Shown here one piece after another: positions 6,819-10,948 of a DNA stretch of 10,948 bases. Below the pieces are notes generated by a model. That model made no database searches. It worked only from the letters and a program-made list of their open reading frames with translations, and had not been told where the DNA came from. This stretch comes from Armatimonadota bacterium (lineage in GTDB: Bacteria; Vulcanimicrobiota; JACPDS01; JBDRKI01): the NCBI GenBank assembly GCA_043814095.1, contig JBDRKI010000022.1:1-10948 (forward strand). Direction: 5' to 3'. A program made the translations under genes and the position numbers. How positions within the stretch are numbered: the stretch's first letter is position 1; the number at the start of each line of letters is the position of its first letter.

Positions 6819-7352
6819 ATGGGAAAAGAAACATCCAAAGAAAAAGTAAAATTAATAACCGGTATTTTAACTTCGGATAAAGAGTCCGCCGATAAATTAA
6901 TCAAAGATTTGACGAAAAAGTACGGCGAGACAGATTACCGGAGTGATTATATAGATTTTATTTTTACAAACTATTATGAAGATGAAATGGGCGGTAATAT
7001 CTTAAGGAAATTCATAAGCTTTAAAACCCTTATAAATCCCGAAGATTTGCATAAAATAAAGATTTTTACAAATAAGTTAGAACAGAAACATCTATCAGCT
7101 TCAGGCGGCAGGGTTGTAAATTTAGATCCCGGCTATATCTGCCTGGGCAAACTTATACTTGCCACAACAAAAAACCAGCAGCACAGAATTTATTTGAAAA
7201 ACGGTATTTTTGCCGAAGTTACTTTAAGGTATAAAAATAAAACTTTTAGAAGCTGGGAATGGACTTATCCGGATTATGCAACGGATGAATATATCAGTAT
7301 TTTCAACAAAATACGGGATATTTATTATGACCAGCTTTATTCATCTGTATAA
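6819..7352 (+). CDS. DUF4416-like protein of unknown function
   Basis: F.FTNYYEDEMG..ILRKFISF, IKIFTNKLE, R.VNLDPGY, LILATTKN..HRIYL..GIFAEVTL and WTYPDY motifs. Start placed at ATG 6819 after the previous stop; the track start at 6732 overlaps the upstream gene. Confidence 0.8.
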   Translation: MGKETSKEKVKLITGILTSDKESADKLIKDLTKKYGETDYRSDYIDFIFTNYYEDEMGGNILRKFISFKTLINPEDLHKIKIFTNKLEQKHLSASGGRVVNLDPGYICLGKLILATTKNQQHRIYLKNGIFAEVTLRYKNKTFRSWEWTYPDYATDEYISIFNKIRDIYYDQLYSSV

Positions 7353-7407
7353 CATCATATTTCGATATTTTTTTCTTATTTTTAAACATTTTTTCCCTTG
7401 TATTTTT

Positions 7408-7436
7408 TTGTCAAAAGAATGATATTATGGTATAAT
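7408..7436 (+). promoter_or_regulatory. Sigma70 promoter with extended -10
   Basis: TTGTCA (7408-7413), 17 bp, TATAAT (7431-7436) preceded by TGG. GGAGAG RBS at 7468-7473. Confidence 0.7.
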
Positions 7437-7479
7437 AAAAGGGGAAAAGCAGTTTCTATTATTTTCTGGAGAGTTAAAT

Positions 7480-7683
7480 ATGAAAGAAATTAACTCCAAG
7501 AAAGAACAAGCAGATATATATGCTCAGCAAAACAAATATGTTGAGGATGTGAAAGATACATATCTGCAGAGACTGGCTGACGAGCAGAATAAGCTGATGA
7601 ACACCCTCAGGGGCAAAGAAGCTATGCGGTTTGACAGTATGTATAATGAAATAGTAGAAAGGATTGATTCAGAGGAATTATAA
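7480..7683 (+). CDS. Small hypothetical helical protein (67 aa)
   Basis: ORF with its own promoter and RBS. Charged, helix-favouring composition. No family recognised. Confidence 0.65.
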   Translation: MKEINSKKEQADIYAQQNKYVEDVKDTYLQRLADEQNKLMNTLRGKEAMRFDSMYNEIVERIDSEEL

Positions 7684-7777
7684 ATCCCGTTAGAAAGCGG
7701 ACATTAGACCTAACGTTTAGGGGGGCTTTGGCTTAAAAAGCCGGAGCGGAATGTTACACAAAGCTTTCTAACGGGAT
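7684..7777. repeat. 94-bp palindromic element with perfect 15-bp terminal inverted repeats (MITE/REP-like or structured RNA)
   Basis: ATCCCGTTAGAAAGC (7684-7698) / GCTTTCTAACGGGAT (7763-7777), with internal hairpins CCTAA-CGT-TTAGG and GCTTTGGCTT-AAA-AAGCCGGAGC. Confidence 0.75.
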
Positions 7778-7961
7778 CAATTATTTATATATAAAATACA
7801 GGAATATAGAAAGCATTTCTGTGTTTTTTTTATGTAAAAAAGGATGTTTATGTCCTTTGTAGAAAACTTAAAAAGTTCCTTTCTATATTTTAACTGATTT
7901 CGGCATATAAACAAGGAATTTCGGGTTTAAATGTGAAAAAATTCACTTTAAGGTGATAGTT

Positions 7962-8807
7962 ATGAGAAAAATCGAAAGCAGCAAGATAACACAAACCGTC
8001 AAAGACATGTTTCTTGAGGTAAGCTTTAATCTTCCCGGTGATGTGCTTGATAAAATCAAGGAAGCGGCAGGTAAGGAAGAATCCGAGCTTGGCCGCGAAG
8101 TACTTGATATTCTGGTTGAGAATGCTAAGATAAGCACAGAATGCCGTATCCCGTTATGCCAGGACTGCGGTTTTGCCGTTATTTATGTAAAAATAGGCGA
8201 TAAGGTTGAAATTACCGGAGAGAATATAAATAAAGCGGTTTCCGAAGGTGTCAAACAGGCGTATGAAGAAGGATATTTAAGAAAATCCATAGTTTATGAC
8301 CCTGTGTATGAAAGAAAGAACACGAAAGACAACACCCCTCCCTTAATTAATATTGAGATCATAGAAGGGGAAAATATAGAGATATATGTTTTGCCCAAAG
8401 GCGGCGGAAGCGAAAATATGTCCGCGTTAAGAATGTTAAAGCCCGCCCAGGGCGAGAACGGCATAGTAGATTTTGTTTCGGAGGTTGTTAAATCTGCCGG
8501 TTCTAATCCCTGTCCTCCCGTTATTGTGGGAGTCGGTATAGGCGGTACCTCAGATAAAGCCATGTCTCTGGCAAAAAAAGCGCTGTTAAGGCCGCTTGGC
8601 GCGCCAAGCAAAGAAGAAAAATTCGCCAGGTTGGAAGCCAAACTGCTTGAGAAAATAAATAATCTGGGAATAGGGCCTCAGGGATTCGGTGGCAGGACAA
8701 CCGCTCTTGCCGTGCACATAGAAATCTTCCCGTGCCATATAGCAAGCATGCCGGTAGGCGTTAATATTCAATGTCACAGCGCAAGGTGGAAAAAAGAAAT
8801 TATTTAA
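7962..8807 (+). CDS. Class I Fe-S fumarate hydratase (tartrate dehydratase family), alpha subunit
   Basis: PLCQDCG, GYLRKSIV.DP, KNTKDNTP, PKGGGSENMS, NPCPPVIVGVGIGGT, GIGPQGFGG.TT, PCHIASMPVGVNIQCHS. Start ATG 7962 after an AAGGTGA RBS. Confidence 0.93.
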   Translation: MRKIESSKITQTVKDMFLEVSFNLPGDVLDKIKEAAGKEESELGREVLDILVENAKISTECRIPLCQDCGFAVIYVKIGDKVEITGENINKAVSEGVKQAYEEGYLRKSIVYDPVYERKNTKDNTPPLINIEIIEGENIEIYVLPKGGGSENMSALRMLKPAQGENGIVDFVSEVVKSAGSNPCPPVIVGVGIGGTSDKAMSLAKKALLRPLGAPSKEEKFARLEAKLLEKINNLGIGPQGFGGRTTALAVHIEIFPCHIASMPVGVNIQCHSARWKKEII

Positions 8808-8826
8808 TCCGTGAGAATTAATTCTG

Positions 8827-9579
8827 ATGAAAATAATTGATTTAACAAAAAAAAATATAGACAGTATACCCAGGGCGTGCGGCAGTCTTCTGCCTTCGCG
8901 CGAGAGAGAAGCCGCAAGAGAAGTGAAAAAAGAATGGGTCAGGTCTTTATTAAGCAAGGGCTTTAAGATGAAGCTCGCCGTTGACGATGACGGCTATTTT
9001 ATGGGGATGATAGAATATCTGCCCATAGATGTAAGTTTGCAGAGAGTTACGGGAAAAAATATTGCGTATATTGACTGTATATGGGTTTTGAACCAGCATC
9101 AGAAAAAAGGCGTAGGCAGGGCATTAATGGAAGCGGCGTTTTCGGATACTAAAAAATTTGACGGGGTCGCAACATGGGCTACTGACCAGGTAATTATGAA
9201 TAAGGGTTTTTTTGAAGCTTTTGGTTTTGAGGTTGTTGATTCGGATAAAACGGTTCATGTGATGTTTAAAAAGAATAAAAAAGACGCAGAGCCGCCGAAA
9301 TTATTAAAATCTAAATTTAAGTTTGAACCGGATAAAGGCGTGCTGAATGTGGACCTGTTCTATAATCCCTGGTGCCCTTATAGTTTCGGAGTGGCACAGA
9401 AGGCTAAAAAGATGGTTTTAGATTCCAAAGAAAGAGTCAGGATAAAAGAGCATTACCTTAGTTCAAAAGAGATAATAGAAAAATACGGTCTTTCCGTTGG
9501 TGTTTTTTTAAACGGCAAGGATTTTACGGTTGATTTTTTAATGAGCAAATCTTTAGAAGAAGTTTTGATTTTGATTTAA
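8827..9579 (+). CDS. GNAT acetyltransferase with C-terminal thioredoxin-like (YoaP-like) domain
   Basis: GMIEYLP, YIDCIWV and acetyl-CoA motif A HQKKGVGRALM, then FFEAFGFEVVD. C-terminal FYNPWCPYS...GVFLNGK. Confidence 0.8.
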   Translation: MKIIDLTKKNIDSIPRACGSLLPSREREAAREVKKEWVRSLLSKGFKMKLAVDDDGYFMGMIEYLPIDVSLQRVTGKNIAYIDCIWVLNQHQKKGVGRALMEAAFSDTKKFDGVATWATDQVIMNKGFFEAFGFEVVDSDKTVHVMFKKNKKDAEPPKLLKSKFKFEPDKGVLNVDLFYNPWCPYSFGVAQKAKKMVLDSKERVRIKEHYLSSKEIIEKYGLSVGVFLNGKDFTVDFLMSKSLEEVLILI

Positions 9580-9588
9580 GAGGCTATT

Positions 9589-10134
9589 ATGAAAATAAAG
9601 TTACCGTTGACGGATGAGATTGTTAAACAGTTGAGGCCCGGGATGAAAGTTTCTCTTTACGGTGAGATTTATGTGGCAAGGGATTCGGCACATAAAAGGA
9701 TTGTAGAAGCGCTTGATAAGGGAGAGATTCCTCCTCTTGAGGTAAAAGGCGCAACTATTTATTATATGGGGCCTTCTCCCGCTAAACCGGGCGCAGTTAT
9801 AGGGGCTTGCGGCCCCACGACAAGCGGGAGGATGGATCAGTATACCCCTAAATTACTGGAACTCGGACTGAAAGGCATGATAGGCAAAGGCCTGCGTTCA
9901 AAACAGGTTAAGGATTCTATTGTAAAGAATAAAGCTGTATATTTCTCCGCGATAGGGGGAGCGGGATCTTTTTACGCCGACAAGGTTAAAAAAGCCGAGG
10001 TTGTCGCGTATGAAGACCTGGGCGCGGAAGCTTTAAGGAAGCTGGAAGTAGAGGATTTTCCCGTAGTGGTTGTTAATGATATGTACGGCGGGGATCTTTA
10101 TGAAGACGGGGTAAGGAAATACAGTAAAGATTAA
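9589..10134 (+). CDS. Class I Fe-S fumarate hydratase (tartrate dehydratase family), beta subunit
   Basis: ARDSAHKR, IYYMGPSPAKPG.VIGACGPTTSGRMD, MIGKG, YEDLGAEAL..LEVEDFP...ND..GGDLY. GAGG RBS. Confidence 0.93.
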   Translation: MKIKLPLTDEIVKQLRPGMKVSLYGEIYVARDSAHKRIVEALDKGEIPPLEVKGATIYYMGPSPAKPGAVIGACGPTTSGRMDQYTPKLLELGLKGMIGKGLRSKQVKDSIVKNKAVYFSAIGGAGSFYADKVKKAEVVAYEDLGAEALRKLEVEDFPVVVVNDMYGGDLYEDGVRKYSKD

Positions 10135-10152
10135 AATAAAAACGGAGGCATT

Positions 10153-10449
10153 ATGTCAAAAAGAGAAGGAAATGAATTTGTACTCCACGGTTTAAGGCCA
10201 AGGGAAATATCCAGGGAATTAGATTGCCTTATTAAAGAAGCGGATAAAAAAGTCATAAGGATAAAAACCTGGTGCAAAAGCTGCGGGATCTGCGTGGCGG
10301 TATGCCCCAAAAAAGCCATAGAGATAGACCCTAAAACAAAAAAAGTTGAGCTTGTAAGGCCCGATGATTGTATAAGATGCGGTATATGTGAAAAAATATG
10401 CCCGGATTTTGCGATTCTAATAACCGGTCTTGAAAGGAAAAATTTATAA
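10153..10449 (+). CDS. korD: 2-oxoacid:ferredoxin oxidoreductase delta subunit (2x[4Fe-4S] ferredoxin)
   Basis: WCKSCGICVAVCP and CIRCGICEKICPDFAI. Lies directly upstream of the alpha subunit. GGAGG RBS. Confidence 0.85.
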   Translation: MSKREGNEFVLHGLRPREISRELDCLIKEADKKVIRIKTWCKSCGICVAVCPKKAIEIDPKTKKVELVRPDDCIRCGICEKICPDFAILITGLERKNL

Positions 10450-10482
10450 AGCGTAAGTTCAATTAATTTTGGAGGATGTATT

Positions 10483-10948
10483 ATGCAAAAAGTTACGACA
10501 AAAAGGTATGAAATAAGGCCCGGGCAGTTTGAGATAGAAGACCCAGTTTTATACAGGACAAAAGCGCAAAAAATATCGTTTTTATCCGGTAATGAAGCAT
10601 GTGCGGAAGGCGCGCTGTGTGCGGGACTTGGTTTTTATGCGGGATACCCGATTACTCCGTCTACAGAGATAGCGGAATATCTTTCGCGCCACCTGCCCGA
10701 GAAGGGTGAAACATTCATTCAGATGGAAGATGAAATAGCGAGTATCGGCGCAATTATAGGGGCGTCTCTCGGTGGCAAAAAATCAATGACTGCCACTAGC
10801 GGTCCGGGTTTTTCTTTGATGCAGGAAAATATAGGTTATGCTTCTATCGCGGAAGTACCGTGTATTGTTGTTAATGTTCAGCGTTTAGGCCCGTCAACGG
10901 GCGGACCGACAAGTCCGTCGCAGCAGGATGTTATGCAGGCTCGATGGG
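10483..10948 (+). CDS. korA: 2-oxoacid (probably 2-oxoglutarate):ferredoxin oxidoreductase alpha subunit, truncated by the window edge
   Basis: Not in the ORF track. Manual translation from ATG 10483 (GGAGG RBS): ...FLSGNEACAEGALCAGLGFYAGYPITPSTEIAE...FIQMEDEIASIGAIIGASLGGKKSMTATSGPGFSLMQENIGYA..AEVPCIVVNVQRLGPSTGGPT...Q.DVMQARW. Confidence 0.93.
   Translation, partial: MQKVTTKRYEIRPGQFEIEDPVLYRTKAQKISFLSGNEACAEGALCAGLGFYAGYPITPSTEIAEYLSRHLPEKGETFIQMEDEIASIGAIIGASLGGKKSMTATSGPGFSLMQENIGYASIAEVPCIVVNVQRLGPSTGGPTSPSQQDVMQARW

Noticed and set aside
3996-7743. Identical 13-mer GCTTAAAAAGCCG at 3996-4008 and 7731-7743, both in intergenic hairpins
   Set aside because: About one such match is expected by chance in 11 kb of AT-rich DNA, and the flanks do not align.
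7943-10319. Minus-strand ORFs 7943-8137, 8294-8641, 8521-8745, 8586-8957 and 10131-10319
   Set aside because: Antisense shadows of the fumarase, GNAT and korD genes.

Overview
Window from an AT-rich, probably anaerobic bacterium, with an accessory left end and a metabolic right end. The left end (1-1.9 kb) holds an IS200/IS605-type element on the minus strand that the ORF track missed: a tnpB running off the window edge, a 46-aa internally deleted tnpA, and an IS608-like left end with a TTAC target. It is followed by a RelBE-like toxin-antitoxin operon with a clear promoter/operator and a divergent orphan nucleotidyltransferase-fold gene. The middle holds the most striking feature: a full-length, uninterrupted class III ribonucleotide reductase (NrdD) homologue. 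It keeps its ATP-cone and Zn-ribbon but appears to have lost the glycyl-radical Gly and both active-site Cys, and no nrdG lies nearby. Upstream of it is a secreted M48 peptidase with a degenerate CAP-like C-terminus. The right side holds a secreted PsbP/DcrB-like protein, a QueG-like Fe-S protein, a DUF4416-like protein, a small ORF and a 94-bp palindromic element. It ends with an operon of fumarate hydratase alpha, YoaP-like GNAT, fumarate hydratase beta, and 2-oxoacid:ferredoxin oxidoreductase delta and alpha (truncated by the window). All family assignments are from motif recognition by eye, and no searches were run.
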